Of a stretch of 64,000 bases of DNA, positions 21,795-33,098 are shown in pieces. The notes under the pieces were generated by a model. That model made no database searches and had not been told where the DNA came from. It saw only the letters and a list, made by a program, of their open reading frames with translations. The translations under genes and the position numbers were made by a program. How positions within the stretch are numbered: the first letter of the stretch is position 1; each line of letters opens with the position of its first letter. The DNA is from Alphaproteobacteria bacterium (lineage in GTDB: Bacteria; Pseudomonadota; Alphaproteobacteria; RS24), in contig CBFHSX010000004.1 in assembly GCA_965658615.1 (NCBI GenBank), positions 5,263 through 69,262 of the forward strand. The letters run 5' to 3'.

Positions 21795-22520
21795 TTACGG
21801 CAGCAGCGGTTTGATGATTTTGTCAAATGCATCGAGCCCGCGATTGCCTTCCAGTTTTTCGCCATTAATGAAGAAAGTCGGGGTCGAGCGCACACCCAGC
21901 TCGTCGGCCGCCGCTGCCTGCATTTGGCGAATCGCGTCCAGCTTGCCCTCATCCTTCAAGCAGACCACAAAATCAGCCTCGGACAGGCCGGCCTGACGGG
22001 CAATGGCCAACAGCGCATCCATAGGCTGCTCGCTTTGAATCCACTGCATTTGCCGCTTGAACAATATGTCCAAAAAGCCGACCTGCGCTTTTGGTGCGAC
22101 GCATTGCGCCAGCATCGCCCCGGCCGTGGCGTAAGGGTCAAAGGGGAAGGGACGGAAATAAATCTTCACCAGCCCCTGATCGATATATTGCGCCTTCAGC
22201 TTGGGCAGTGTGTCGCGGTGAAAGGCGCCGCAATGCGGGCAAGTGAGCGATGAATATTCAACAATCGTCACCGGCGCATCAGCCTCGCCCAGCACAATCT
22301 CGCCCATCGGGTTAGGGGTCTCCAGCGCGCCTGCATTGCTTGGCGGTGCGGCTTGCACAGCGACCGGCGCCGTTTCAGTCTCGCCCTCCGCTACCCCGGC
22401 GGCGGGTGCTTCTACCGTTTCCAGCGAATTGTCTTGCGCCGGACGTGTGGCGATAAAGGCCCCGCCGATAATCAGCAGCGCCGCAATGACGGCAGCGATA
22501 ATTTTGTTTTGTTGCGACAC
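21795..22520 (-). CDS. DsbA-family thiol:disulfide oxidoreductase
   Basis: N-terminal TM anchor, EYSSLTCPHC, STPTFFING; GTG start with GGAG RBS. Confidence 0.9.
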   Translation of the reverse strand: MSQQNKIIAAVIAALLIIGGAFIATRPAQDNSLETVEAPAAGVAEGETETAPVAVQAAPPSNAGALETPNPMGEIVLGEADAPVTIVEYSSLTCPHCGAFHRDTLPKLKAQYIDQGLVKIYFRPFPFDPYATAGAMLAQCVAPKAQVGFLDILFKRQMQWIQSEQPMDALLAIARQAGLSEADFVVCLKDEGKLDAIRQMQAAAADELGVRSTPTFFINGEKLEGNRGLDAFDKIIKPLLP

Positions 22521-22530
22521 TTGGAACTCC

Positions 22531-22616
22531 CGAATCGAAAATCTGATCCGATTATATCCATCAGCAGTGCGATTCTGTCGCTTGAATCGGCTTGGTGGAG
22601 ACGCCCCTGTGGAAAA
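22531..22616 (-). promoter_or_regulatory. dsbA-smc promoter with TATAAT, three GANTC sites and a DnaA box
   Basis: TATAAT 22556-22551; GANTC at 22532, 22571, 22584; TTTTCCACA on the minus strand at 22616-22608. Confidence 0.55.
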
Positions 22617-22618
22617 CT

Positions 22619-23143
22619 TTAGCGCTTTTTGCGCCGTTCTACCCGTGCGCCGAGGCGGGCCAAAGCCTGTTTCAACCGCGAATTGTCAAACCCATCAAGG
22701 CTCACTTCGACGGCAGCAATCTCGTCATCACTCAAAGGCGTTTGGCGCGCCGCTTGCGCTTTCAAATAATCCAGCGGCAGCGGGCCTTGTACAATATTCA
22801 GCCGTGCAATGGCTCCGGCACCATAATGCTGATTGATGCGCTCGAGGATAAGCGGTGCCATATGCTGCACTTCCAGCGCCATCGCTCCTTCGACCTTAAC
22901 AGTCAACGCCGCGCCCTCATAGCCGCTGCGCCCGCTGCGCGAAATGCGTTCGGGGCAAGACAGGGCGGCCAGCTGGTTGCCGACAATCATCGGCCAATGC
23001 GCCAGAATATCGACTTGGCGAAAGCCGCGCTTTTGCATAACCGGCGAGGTGATGCGCCCCAGCACCGCCCCCACGGCGCGGCCCTGAAAACCCTGCGCCG
23101 GTTTGGTTGCCGGTATATCGCGTAAATAAGTCAGCGGTTTCAC
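22619..23143 (-). CDS. dciA: DUF721/DciA family protein (helicase-loader-like)
   Basis: HWPMIVG, LTVKVEGAMALEVQH, RINQHYG; conserved mutY-DUF721-dsbA-smc order. Confidence 0.8.
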   Translation of the reverse strand: MKPLTYLRDIPATKPAQGFQGRAVGAVLGRITSPVMQKRGFRQVDILAHWPMIVGNQLAALSCPERISRSGRSGYEGAALTVKVEGAMALEVQHMAPLILERINQHYGAGAIARLNIVQGPLPLDYLKAQAARQTPLSDDEIAAVEVSLDGFDNSRLKQALARLGARVERRKKR

Positions 23144-23187
23144 GAGCGCTTCTTGCCCCTCTTTCAGATTGGCTTATGCTAGCACAT

Positions 23188-24240
23188 ATGTTGGCTGCCA
23201 CCCACCCCGCAGAGCTGTTGCTTAACTGGTATGACGCGCATGCGCGGCGTCTGCCATGGCGCGCCCTGCCGCATCAGACGCCCGACCCGTATCATGTCTG
23301 GCTGTCGGAGATTATGCTGCAACAAACCACCGTCACGACGGTGAAGCCGTATTTTGAAAAATTCCTGACGCTGTTTCCGCGGATCACCGATTTGGCCGCC
23401 GCCGAAGACGAGGCCGTGATGGCGGCGTGGGCCGGGCTTGGCTATTACAGCCGCGCCCGCAATTTATTGAAATGCGCCCGCACCATCGTCGCCGAGCATG
23501 GCGGCGCCTTTCCCGATACCGAAGCGGCGCTTTTAACCCTACCCGGCATCGGCCCCTATACGGCGGCGGCGATTGCCGCCATCGCCTTTAACCGCCCCGC
23601 CGCGCCGGTGGATGGCAATATTGAGCGCGTGCTGGCGCGGCTGTTTGATATGCACACGCCGCTGCCGGCGCTGAAAGTCGAGGTCAAAGAAAAAAATGCC
23701 GGGCTGGTGCCGCAAGACCGGCCGGGCGATTTCGCGCAAGCCATGATGGATCTGGGCGCAACCCTGTGCACGCCGAAACGCCCCGATTGTCTTTTATGCC
23801 CATGGCGCGAGATTTGCGCCGGTCGCGCCAAAGGCACGGCCGAGGTTTTGCCGAAGCGCGCGGCGAAAAAACCCAAGCCGGAGCGCAGCGGCACGGTGTT
23901 TTGGTTAGAAAACGCCAAGGGCGAAGTGCTGATGGCCCGCCGCGCCGATAAGGGTCTGCTGGGCGGCATGCGCGTCTTCCCCTCAACCGGTTGGGACACG
24001 CCGAATAATTCGCGCCTGCCCGAGATTTTGCCGCCCGCCATGCAAAACGGCTGGACGCGCCTCGACGCCGAGATTATCCACGTCTTCACCCATTTCCGCC
24101 TCACCCTAAAAGTCGACGCGCAAACCGCCCCGAAAGGCTGGCGCAAACCACGAGGCTTTGACTGGGTGCATCCAAAAGATTTCGACACCAACGCCCTGCC
24201 CAGCGTGATGATGAAAGTGGCGAAAGCGGTTTTGTTCTAA
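23188..24240 (+). CDS. mutY: A/G-specific adenine glycosylase
   Basis: WYDAHARRLPWR, VWLSEIMLQQT, LPGIGPYTA, DGNIERV, 4Fe-4S CTPKRPDCLLCPWREIC; start 23176 or 23188. Confidence 0.97.
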   Translation: MLAATHPAELLLNWYDAHARRLPWRALPHQTPDPYHVWLSEIMLQQTTVTTVKPYFEKFLTLFPRITDLAAAEDEAVMAAWAGLGYYSRARNLLKCARTIVAEHGGAFPDTEAALLTLPGIGPYTAAAIAAIAFNRPAAPVDGNIERVLARLFDMHTPLPALKVEVKEKNAGLVPQDRPGDFAQAMMDLGATLCTPKRPDCLLCPWREICAGRAKGTAEVLPKRAAKKPKPERSGTVFWLENAKGEVLMARRADKGLLGGMRVFPSTGWDTPNNSRLPEILPPAMQNGWTRLDAEIIHVFTHFRLTLKVDAQTAPKGWRKPRGFDWVHPKDFDTNALPSVMMKVAKAVLF

Positions 24241-25001
24241 ATATCCCCGAAATCGCCGCTGCGGCCTTTGCCGCCGGCAAAGCGGGCGGCGCCGTCGGAG
24301 GCGCCGGCGCGCAGGGAAGCGGCACCGATGTCGGCTTCATATTTTAACGCGTCGGCCATTGGCAGACCCCATTGCGCCAACACGCTTTGGCGGTCATTGC
24401 GCATGCAGGCTTGCGGGAATTGCGCCAATTGCGCGGCAATCTCCAACGCTGCATCCAGCGCCGTGCCGTCATCAACCACGCGATTGGCGAGACCGAAAGA
24501 CAGTGCCTCTTCGGCCCCGACCGGGCGACCGGTGAGGATCATATCCATGGCGCGCGATTGGCCGATAAGGCGCGGCAAGCGCACTGTGCCGCCATCAATG
24601 AGCGGCACGCCCCACCGGCGGCAATAAACGCCGAACACGGCCGAGCGACCGGCGATACGCATATCGCACATGACCGACAGCTCCAATCCACCGGCCACGG
24701 CATGGCCTTCGACTGCCGCGATAGACGGCTTGGTCAATTCCAGCCAGCTTGGCCCCATGGGGGCGGTGGCGTCAAAACCTTGTTTATCGGCGACGGCTTT
24801 CAAATCCGCACCGGCGCAAAAATGCCCGTCCGTGCCGGTCAGAATATGCACGGCGACCGTGTCGTCAGCCTCGGCTTCCAAAAAAGCGGCTTGCAGCGCG
24901 GCGGCGGTTTCCGGATCGACGGCATTGCGCGCGGCGGCGCGGTTGATGGTGATGATATTGCTCGCGCCCGCGCGGCGCGTCGTGACTTTTGGCTGGCTCA
25001 T
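24237..25001 (-). CDS. Crotonase/enoyl-CoA hydratase superfamily protein
   Basis: FCAGADL oxyanion motif, AVEGHAVAGGLE, CRRWGVPLIDGGTVRLPRLIG. Confidence 0.9.
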   Translation of the reverse strand: MSQPKVTTRRAGASNIITINRAAARNAVDPETAAALQAAFLEAEADDTVAVHILTGTDGHFCAGADLKAVADKQGFDATAPMGPSWLELTKPSIAAVEGHAVAGGLELSVMCDMRIAGRSAVFGVYCRRWGVPLIDGGTVRLPRLIGQSRAMDMILTGRPVGAEEALSFGLANRVVDDGTALDAALEIAAQLAQFPQACMRNDRQSVLAQWGLPMADALKYEADIGAASLRAGASDGAARFAGGKGRSGDFGDI

Positions 25002-25034
25002 ATCGGCTCTCCCTCTTGCGAGAAGCCTAACATA

Positions 25035-26237
<1,203 letters not shown>

Positions 26238-26241
26238 GGGG

Positions 26242-26886
26242 CTATATGTGGGAGGACATGTCGGTTTCGCCCCTCAATATATCGCTTTCGAGGATTTTTT
26301 TTATCGGCGCATAAGACCGCCGATGATGCGGGGTCACGCCAAGCCGTGCCAGCCCCTCTTGATGCGCCTTCGCGCCATAGCCCTTATTCGACGCCCAGCC
26401 ATAGCCCGGAAAATCTGCATCCAGTCTTGCCATTTGCCGGTCGCGCGTCACCTTGGCCAAAATCGATGCCGCTGCAATGGACGGTGACAGCCCGTCACCG
26501 CCGATCAGCGCGCTGGAGGGATACCGCCATGTCGGCAGGCGATTGCCATCAACCAGCACATGATGCGGCGTGCCGATTGCGGCCGCCAGCGCATCAACGG
26601 CGCGTGCCATGGCCAAATGAGTCGCTTGAAGAATATTCAAGGCATCAATTTCCGCCACGCTGGCCTCGCCGACGCCATGCGGCAGCGCCAACAGCGCCTC
26701 AAACAGCGTGTCGCGCTTTTTTGCCGTCAGTTTTTTGCTGTCATTAACCGGCAAATCAAAAGCGGCCGGCAGGCAGATAGCGGCGGCGACCACCGGCCCG
26801 GCCCACGGGCCTCGGCCGGCCTCATCGACGCCGAAAACGGGTTTTTCGGGCCAGCCCTGTTTCTGTTCCGGCCCGAAATCCATCAT
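26242..26886 (-). CDS. rnhB: Ribonuclease HII
   Basis: GVDEAGRGPWAGPV, DSKKL, LVDGN, SIAAASILAKVTRD, NKGY; start overlaps the gcvPB stop. Confidence 0.97.
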   Translation of the reverse strand: MMDFGPEQKQGWPEKPVFGVDEAGRGPWAGPVVAAAICLPAAFDLPVNDSKKLTAKKRDTLFEALLALPHGVGEASVAEIDALNILQATHLAMARAVDALAAAIGTPHHVLVDGNRLPTWRYPSSALIGGDGLSPSIAAASILAKVTRDRQMARLDADFPGYGWASNKGYGAKAHQEGLARLGVTPHHRRSYAPIKKILESDILRGETDMSSHI

Positions 26887-28415
26887 TCGGCAGCTTGCGC
26901 CGTTTCAGCATCGCCCTGCCAGCGCAGCACCGGACTGCGCGCGGCCAGCGTCTCATCAAGGCGACGCCGCGGCGCCAATTCGGGCGCGTTTTTAAAGCGC
27001 GCCGTATCCCCGGCTTTGGCGCCGGCCACCAAATCGCGCATGGTCGCGATGAACAAATCGAGCGAGGCTTTGCTCTCGGTCTCGGTCGGCTCGACCAGCA
27101 TGGCACCATGCACCACAAGCGGGAAATACATGGTCATCGGGTGATAGCCTTCATCGATCATGGCCTTGGCGAAATCCAGCGTATCAATGCCGGTATCCTT
27201 CAAGAAGCTGTCATCAAACAGTGCCTCATGCATGCACGGGCTTTGCGCACCTTTATCAAACGGCGCGCTCATCACATCGCGCAAGGAGGCGAGGATGTAA
27301 TTGGCGTTCAGCACGGCGTCCTCGGCGACTTGCCGCAGACCATCGGCACCATGGCTCATTATATAAGACAGGGCGCGGACATACATGCCCATTTGGCCGT
27401 GAAACGCCACCATGCGCCCGAAGGGCTGCTCGTGCGCATCGCCCGGGTTTTCGATAAGCTGCAGGCCCGCATCGCCGGACACCACATAGGGCAGCGGCGC
27501 GAAATCGGCCAGACGTTCCGACAAAACGGTCGGGCCGGAGCCGGGACCACCGCCACCATGCGGGGTGGAGAAGGTTTTGTGCAGATTGATATGCATGGCA
27601 TCAACGCCGAGATCGCCAGGGCGCACGCGGCCCACAATGGCGTTAAAATTGGCGCCATCGCAATAAAAATAACCGCCAACCGCATGCAGCGCATCGGCAA
27701 TTTCGATAATATCGCGCTCAAACAGACCGCATGTGTTCGGATTGGTCAGCATAATCGCCGCGACATCCGTGTCGAGCTTGGCCTTAAAGGCTTCCAGATC
27801 GACACGACCGTCCTCATTGGCCGGAATGCCGTCGACTTTAAAGCCCAGCAAAGCGGCGGTGGCGGGGTTTGTGCCATGCGCCGATTCCGGCACCAGCACG
27901 CGTGTGCGCGTCGCCAATTCGCCCTTCGCTTCAATGGCAGCGCGAATGGCCATCATGCCGCACAGCTCGCCATGCGCGCCGGCTTTCGGCGACAGCGCAA
28001 CCGCCGGCATGCCGGTCAATGTCTTCAACCAATGCGCCAGCGTGTCCATCAACTCAAGCGCGCCCTGCACGCTCGATTGCGGTTGCAGCGGGTGAATATC
28101 GCTAAAGCCGGGCAGGCGCGCCATTTTTTCATTAAGGCGCGGATTATGCTTCATCGTGCACGAACCGAGCGGGTAAAGACCCGCATCAATGGCGTGGTTT
28201 TTCTGGCTCAGGCGCACGAAATGGCGCATGGCTTCCGGCTCACTCAGTCCGGGCAGGTCAACATTATGCTGCGCGGCGCAATCACCAAGGCGGCTTTCCA
28301 CCGCCGGCACAGCCTCCAAATCGACCCCGCAATTATCATAAGTGCCGATTTCAAAAATCAGCTTTTCTTCCAATTGCAGACCGCGATTTCCGCTAAAGGT
28401 TTGTTTCTCACTCAT
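26883..28415 (-). CDS. gcvPB: Glycine dehydrogenase (decarboxylating) subunit 2
   Basis: [22 protein letters not shown]-Lys motif [23 protein letters not shown]-like VEPTETES. Confidence 0.97.
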   Translation of the reverse strand: MSEKQTFSGNRGLQLEEKLIFEIGTYDNCGVDLEAVPAVESRLGDCAAQHNVDLPGLSEPEAMRHFVRLSQKNHAIDAGLYPLGSCTMKHNPRLNEKMARLPGFSDIHPLQPQSSVQGALELMDTLAHWLKTLTGMPAVALSPKAGAHGELCGMMAIRAAIEAKGELATRTRVLVPESAHGTNPATAALLGFKVDGIPANEDGRVDLEAFKAKLDTDVAAIMLTNPNTCGLFERDIIEIADALHAVGGYFYCDGANFNAIVGRVRPGDLGVDAMHINLHKTFSTPHGGGGPGSGPTVLSERLADFAPLPYVVSGDAGLQLIENPGDAHEQPFGRMVAFHGQMGMYVRALSYIMSHGADGLRQVAEDAVLNANYILASLRDVMSAPFDKGAQSPCMHEALFDDSFLKDTGIDTLDFAKAMIDEGYHPMTMYFPLVVHGAMLVEPTETESKASLDLFIATMRDLVAGAKAGDTARFKNAPELAPRRRLDETLAARSPVLRWQGDAETAQAAE

Positions 28416-29755
28416 GCGAGCACCTCTTTCATGGCCGCGGCTAAAGCGGCGATATCATCTTCAGTATTGGCTTCCGTGGCCGCCACCACCAGCACATCGT
28501 CAAGACCTGCATCCGGCGCGAGACGCGAGACCGGTACACCGCCGAGCACATCCTTGGCGGCCAGAGCTTCCGCGACATCACGCGCTTGGCCCGGCACACG
28601 AATTGAGAACTCGTTAAAGAAAGCCTCAGTCAAAACCTCGACGCCACTGACAGCAGCCAGCGCGTCGGCGGTTTGCACGGCGCGGGCATGGTTGAGCTGC
28701 GCCAATTGCTGAAAGCCCTTACCGCCCAAAAGCGTCATATGGGCAGTGAAAGCCAGCGAGCACAGGCCCGAATTGGTGCAAATATTCGAGGTCGCCTTAT
28801 CGCGGCGAATATGCTGCTCGCGGGTCGACAGGGTCAACACAAAACCGCGCTGGCCGTCAGCATCCACCGTCTCGCCACACAGCCGCCCGGGCATTTGACG
28901 AATATGCTTATCGCGCGCAGCGAACAGGCCGACATAAGGCCCGCCAAAATTTAGCCCATTGCCGATCGATTGGCCTTCGCCGGTCACAATATCGGCGCCC
29001 ATATCGCCCGGACGTTTTAAAAGGCCCAGCGAGACGATTTCCGGGACGACGGCGATCAGCATGCAGCCCTTATCCTGCAACGCTTTGGCCAGCGTTGAGA
29101 AATCGGCGACATTGCCGAAAAAGTCCGGGTTCTGCACGACGACACAACTCGTATCATCATCGATGAGCGCCAGCAGATCTTCTGCGCCGGTCGGGCTCAT
29201 ATCGGCTTGCGCCACGGCAAAGCCGCCCATATCGGAAATATTTTCGACCACTGCCGTGTAATGCGGGTGCAGACGCCCCGACAGCACGGCACGGCTTTTT
29301 CGCGTCACGCGATGGGCCATCAGCACGGCTTCAGCCGTCGCCGTTGAACCATCATACATGGAAGCATTGGCCACCGGCATGCCGGTCAATTGGCTGACTT
29401 GGGTTTGGAACTCAAACAAATATTGCAGCGTGCCTTGCGTGATCTCCGGCTGATACGGCGTATAGCTGGTCAAAAATTCGGAACGCTGGATAATATGATC
29501 AACCGTCGCCGGCACATGGTGCTTATAGGCGCCCGCGCCGCAGAAAAACGGCACGGTTCCGGCCGTCGTGTTTTTCGCCGCCATGGCAGAAAGCCGGCGC
29601 TCGACCTGCATCTCGCCTTGATGGCGCGGCAGATCAACCAGCCCGTCGCGACGCGCCGCTTCCGGCACATCGACGAAAAGATCGTCTATCGAGGCGACGC
29701 CAATGCGGCCCAGCATGGCCTGACGGTCGCTATCGGTAAGCGGTAAATAGCGCAT
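28412..29755 (-). CDS. gcvPA: Glycine dehydrogenase (decarboxylating) subunit 1
   Basis: [35 protein letters not shown]. Confidence 0.97.
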   Translation of the reverse strand: MRYLPLTDSDRQAMLGRIGVASIDDLFVDVPEAARRDGLVDLPRHQGEMQVERRLSAMAAKNTTAGTVPFFCGAGAYKHHVPATVDHIIQRSEFLTSYTPYQPEITQGTLQYLFEFQTQVSQLTGMPVANASMYDGSTATAEAVLMAHRVTRKSRAVLSGRLHPHYTAVVENISDMGGFAVAQADMSPTGAEDLLALIDDDTSCVVVQNPDFFGNVADFSTLAKALQDKGCMLIAVVPEIVSLGLLKRPGDMGADIVTGEGQSIGNGLNFGGPYVGLFAARDKHIRQMPGRLCGETVDADGQRGFVLTLSTREQHIRRDKATSNICTNSGLCSLAFTAHMTLLGGKGFQQLAQLNHARAVQTADALAAVSGVEVLTEAFFNEFSIRVPGQARDVAEALAAKDVLGGVPVSRLAPDAGLDDVLVVAATEANTEDDIAALAAAMKEVLA

Positions 29756-30129
29756 TATCCAAGCTCCTTCACATAGGCAGCATAAGCGGCCTCATCCATG
29801 AGATCGTCCAACTCGCCGGCGTCGGCCAGCGTCATTTTGAAAAACCAGCCGGCATTATCGGCGTCTTCATTGACCAATGCCGGATTGGCATCCAGCGCGC
29901 CATTGCCTTCGACCACTTCGCCGGAGACCGGCGCGTAAACCTCGGAAGCCGCTTTCACGCTTTCGACCACGGCTGCGTCATCGCCTTTTGACACGGCGCG
30001 GCCGGCCTCGGGCGTTTCGACAAACACCACATCGCCCAATTGCGCCTGCGCGTAATCGGTAATGCCGATCGTCGCCACTTCGCCCTCGACGGAGATCCAT
30101 TCATGGTCCTTGGTAAACTTCTTACTCAT
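29755..30129 (-). CDS. gcvH: Glycine cleavage system H protein
   Basis: [23 protein letters not shown], lipoyl-Lys VESVKAASE. Confidence 0.98.
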   Translation of the reverse strand: MSKKFTKDHEWISVEGEVATIGITDYAQAQLGDVVFVETPEAGRAVSKGDDAAVVESVKAASEVYAPVSGEVVEGNGALDANPALVNEDADNAGWFFKMTLADAGELDDLMDEAAYAAYVKELG

Positions 30130-30132
30130 GTC

Positions 30133-31236
30133 TTAACCCTTCCTGTAATTTTGCGGCACAAATGGCATGGCCGCGATACGCGCCGGCATGGGTTTGCCGC
30201 GCACGATAAGCTGAACTTGTGTATCCGTGGCGCTTTGCGCGCCATTGACATATCCCATGGCAATCGGCCCGCCAAAGCTGGGGCCGAAGCCGCCACTGGT
30301 CACTGTGCCGATGGTCTCGCCGTTGAGGTTTTGAATTTCAGTGCCTTCGCGGGCCGGGGCGCGGCCCTCGGGCACAATGCCGACGCGCTTTTTGCCGACA
30401 CCCTCTGCGATTTGCGCCAGCACAATATCGGCGCCCGGAAAATCAGCAGCCTCGCGCCGCCGCTGCGGCACAGACCAAAGTAAATCCGCCTCGGCCGGTG
30501 TGGTGGTTGTGTCAATATCATGGCCGTAAAGGCACAGACCGGATTCCAGACGCAAGCTATCGCGCGCGCCCAAGCCGATCGGCGCGACATCATCATGCGC
30601 CAGCAAAGCACGGGCCAGCGCCGCCGCATGGGCGTTATCGATGGAAATCTCAAACCCGTCCTCGCCCGTATAACCGCAGCGCGAGATGAGCACATCCGCC
30701 CCCTGCCATTCGGTCCAGACAGCTTGCATGAAAACCAAATCGCGGCAGGCCGGCATCAGCGTGGCCAGCACATCCTCGGCGGCCGGGCCTTGCAGGGCGA
30801 TGAGCGCACGCATGGCAATCTCCAGATTTGCCTCGCCGTCCAGCGCCGCTGTGATATGCGCAAAATCAGCCTCTTTGCACGCCGCATTAACGACCAGCCA
30901 TAGCGTGTCGCCAAACCGCGTCGCCATTAAATCATCCAGAATGCCGCCCGCCGCATCGGTGAATTGCGTGTAGCGAATACGGCCCTCTTTTAAGCTCGAA
31001 ATGCCGCCCGGCACAAGCCGCTCAAACAGCGCCGCCGCATCGCCCTCACGGGCGGTTAATTTGGCTTGCCCCATATGCGAAACGTCAAACAGTCCGGCTT
31101 TGGCGCGCGTGTGCAAATGCTCTTTCATCACGCCGAGCTGATATTGCACCGGCATTTCATAACCGGCAAACGGCACGATTTTAGCCCCCAATTGCAGGTG
31201 CAAATCATATAAAGAGGTGCGTTTAAGCGTTTCCAC
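30133..31236 (-). CDS. gcvT: Glycine cleavage system aminomethyltransferase T
   Basis: FAGYEMPVQY, FDVSHMGQ, RCGYTGEDGFE, GLGARDSLRLESGLCLYG; GTG start. Confidence 0.97.
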   Translation of the reverse strand: METLKRTSLYDLHLQLGAKIVPFAGYEMPVQYQLGVMKEHLHTRAKAGLFDVSHMGQAKLTAREGDAAALFERLVPGGISSLKEGRIRYTQFTDAAGGILDDLMATRFGDTLWLVVNAACKEADFAHITAALDGEANLEIAMRALIALQGPAAEDVLATLMPACRDLVFMQAVWTEWQGADVLISRCGYTGEDGFEISIDNAHAAALARALLAHDDVAPIGLGARDSLRLESGLCLYGHDIDTTTTPAEADLLWSVPQRRREAADFPGADIVLAQIAEGVGKKRVGIVPEGRAPAREGTEIQNLNGETIGTVTSGGFGPSFGGPIAMGYVNGAQSATDTQVQLIVRGKPMPARIAAMPFVPQNYRKG

Positions 31237-31284
31237 TCTTTTGCGACTCCGTCAAGCGCGCCCCGAAAAATCTCGAAGCTCGCC

Positions 31285-31452
31285 CTCCTCTGTCGCCTTA
31301 ACCTGAGAGATTTACCCCTTCGGTGAGACCGTCACAAACGCGGTCTGCTTTCCAGAGTGTCATCGCCGCACGGTCCGTTTGCCTGAGAGTTTCCGAGGGC
31401 GGTTGCTCCTTCGGCCCTGTCCGTTAAAGACAGTGTCTCCCGTGCGGGTCAT
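31285..31452 (-). ncRNA. Tandem glycine riboswitch
   Basis: Minus strand: aptamer 1 CCGCACGG-GAGA...GCCGAAGGAGCAA...CTCTCAGG...CCGTGCGG; aptamer 2 CTCTGGAAAG...CACCGAAGGGG...CTCTCAGG...GACAGAGG; directly upstream of gcvT. Confidence 0.95.
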
Positions 31453-31463
31453 CTGTATATCTA

Positions 31464-31492
31464 GCTGTAGCGGAGAGTCGCGATGAATCCAA
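31464..31492 (-). promoter_or_regulatory. gcv operon promoter with paired GANTC sites
   Basis: TTGGAT(31492-31487)-N17-TACAGC(31469-31464) puts the TSS near 31457, just 5' of the riboswitch; GANTC at 31475 and 31485. Confidence 0.5.
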
Positions 31493-31526
31493 CAGGATTA
31501 TCTGTCACAGGCAGAAGAAGTGTGAA

Positions 31527-32006
31527 TTACTCAATACCGAGACGTTGACGGTAAGCCGCACGATTGGCGTCGAGCTGCTCTGGCGTGAGCACAAAACCGG
31601 CAACGAGACGCGGCCGATTGGCCATCGTCAGACGCGTGGCATAGGGGTAGCGCGGCAGGTCAAAGCTAAAATCGAGATTGGAAACGGTGACCTTATATTG
31701 CAGGCGCTCGTTGATGCGATTGTCCTTATCTAAGGTCGCAACGAAAAACGGCAATTCCACACCGCTATCGGATACCTTACCCTTAATGCGAATATCGGCC
31801 AGTAATTGCTCGCTATCCGAATCAACAAAGCAGGTCAGACGCGCCGTGTTCATTTGCGCTTTCACCCCATCAATTTCGATACGGTCAGCGGTTGCCAAAA
31901 CGGCGATCTCCGGGCATTGCTCGGCGATAATTTCTTCAACATTGCCGCCGCAAGCCGCAAGAAAAAGCCCGCAAAAGCCGATAACCATAAGGCGCAATTT
32001 CATCAT
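31527..32006 (-). CDS. Conserved hypothetical lipoprotein
   Basis: Lipobox LFLAAC, CPEIAVL motif, LTPEQLDANR C-terminus; divergent from ispH; RBS AAAGGA. Confidence 0.8.
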   Translation of the reverse strand: MMKLRLMVIGFCGLFLAACGGNVEEIIAEQCPEIAVLATADRIEIDGVKAQMNTARLTCFVDSDSEQLLADIRIKGKVSDSGVELPFFVATLDKDNRINERLQYKVTVSNLDFSFDLPRYPYATRLTMANRPRLVAGFVLTPEQLDANRAAYRQRLGIE

Positions 32007-32147
32007 TTTCTTTCCTTTGACCGGCAATGCGGCTTGACGCAGAGTGGCTGCGTTAGATAAGGGGTTCAAGCGCACCCCAATTCCGTGCGACATTATCCAA
32101 ATCGGTCGGCCTTATCAACACTCTTGGCCGAACCCAGTGAGGAGAGT

Positions 32148-33098
32148 ATGAACGCCACCCGTCCGAAACAATTGACCCTCGCCAATCCGCGCGGCTTTTG
32201 TGCCGGTGTCGATCGCGCCGTGCTGATTGTCGAACGCGCGCTCGCCCAATTCGGCGCGCCCGTCTATGTGCGCCACGAGATTGTGCATAATAAGCGCGTT
32301 GTCGATCGGCTGCGCGATTTGGGTGCCGTGTTCGTCGAAGAGCTCGACGCCGTGCCGGATGACAGGCCGGTGATTTTTTCTGCCCATGGTGTGCCCAAAG
32401 CCGTGCCCGCTGCCGCGCAAGCACGCAATTTAAACTTCCTCGATGCGACCTGCCCGCTGGTCTCAAAAGTACATATTGAAACCGAACGCCATCACGCCGC
32501 CGGTCGCCATGTGCTGCTGATCGGCCATGCCGGACACCCCGAAGTTATCGGCACAATGGGGCAAGTGCCGGCAGGCGCGATGACATTGGTTGAAACCGAA
32601 GCCGAGGCAGCCGCCCTCACCCCGCCCGACGGGCCGCTGGCTTATGCGACGCAGACGACCCTATCGGTCGCCGATACGGCGGGGATTATCGCTGTTTTGC
32701 AAAAACGGTTCCCCGATATTCATACGCCGCATAAGGATGATATTTGTTACGCCACGACAAATCGCCAAAGCGCGGTCGAGCAATTGGCCGCCAAGGTCGA
32801 TTATGTGCTGGTCATTGGGGCGGAAAATTCCTCCAATTCGCAGCGCCTTGTCGAAGTGGCGCGCCTCGCCGGTTGCCCGCAAGCGCGGCTGATCGCCGGG
32901 GCAGAGGATATTGATTGGGCCGCCATGGATAAAGCCGCGCATATCGGCCTGACCGCCGGGGCGTCGGCCTCCGAAGAGGTTATTGAGGAAGTCATTGCGG
33001 CGTTTCGTGCGCGCTATGATCTGACTTTGGGCGAGTTGGACGGCATTGAAGAGCGCGTGCATTTCAAATTGCCGAAAACCCTGCGGGAGCCCGCCTAA
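32148..33098 (+). CDS. ispH: 4-hydroxy-3-methylbut-2-enyl diphosphate reductase
   Basis: [39 protein letters not shown]; RBS GAGGAG. Confidence 0.98.
   Translation: MNATRPKQLTLANPRGFCAGVDRAVLIVERALAQFGAPVYVRHEIVHNKRVVDRLRDLGAVFVEELDAVPDDRPVIFSAHGVPKAVPAAAQARNLNFLDATCPLVSKVHIETERHHAAGRHVLLIGHAGHPEVIGTMGQVPAGAMTLVETEAEAAALTPPDGPLAYATQTTLSVADTAGIIAVLQKRFPDIHTPHKDDICYATTNRQSAVEQLAAKVDYVLVIGAENSSNSQRLVEVARLAGCPQARLIAGAEDIDWAAMDKAAHIGLTAGASASEEVIEEVIAAFRARYDLTLGELDGIEERVHFKLPKTLREPA

Noticed and set aside
26895-28712. 605-aa antisense ORF over gcvPB/gcvPA, and similar shadow ORFs (e.g. 989-1804, 4748-5665, 43575-44657, 57087-57944)
   Set aside because: Stop-poor antisense frames are expected in GC-rich codon usage; no RBS, motifs or protein-like composition.
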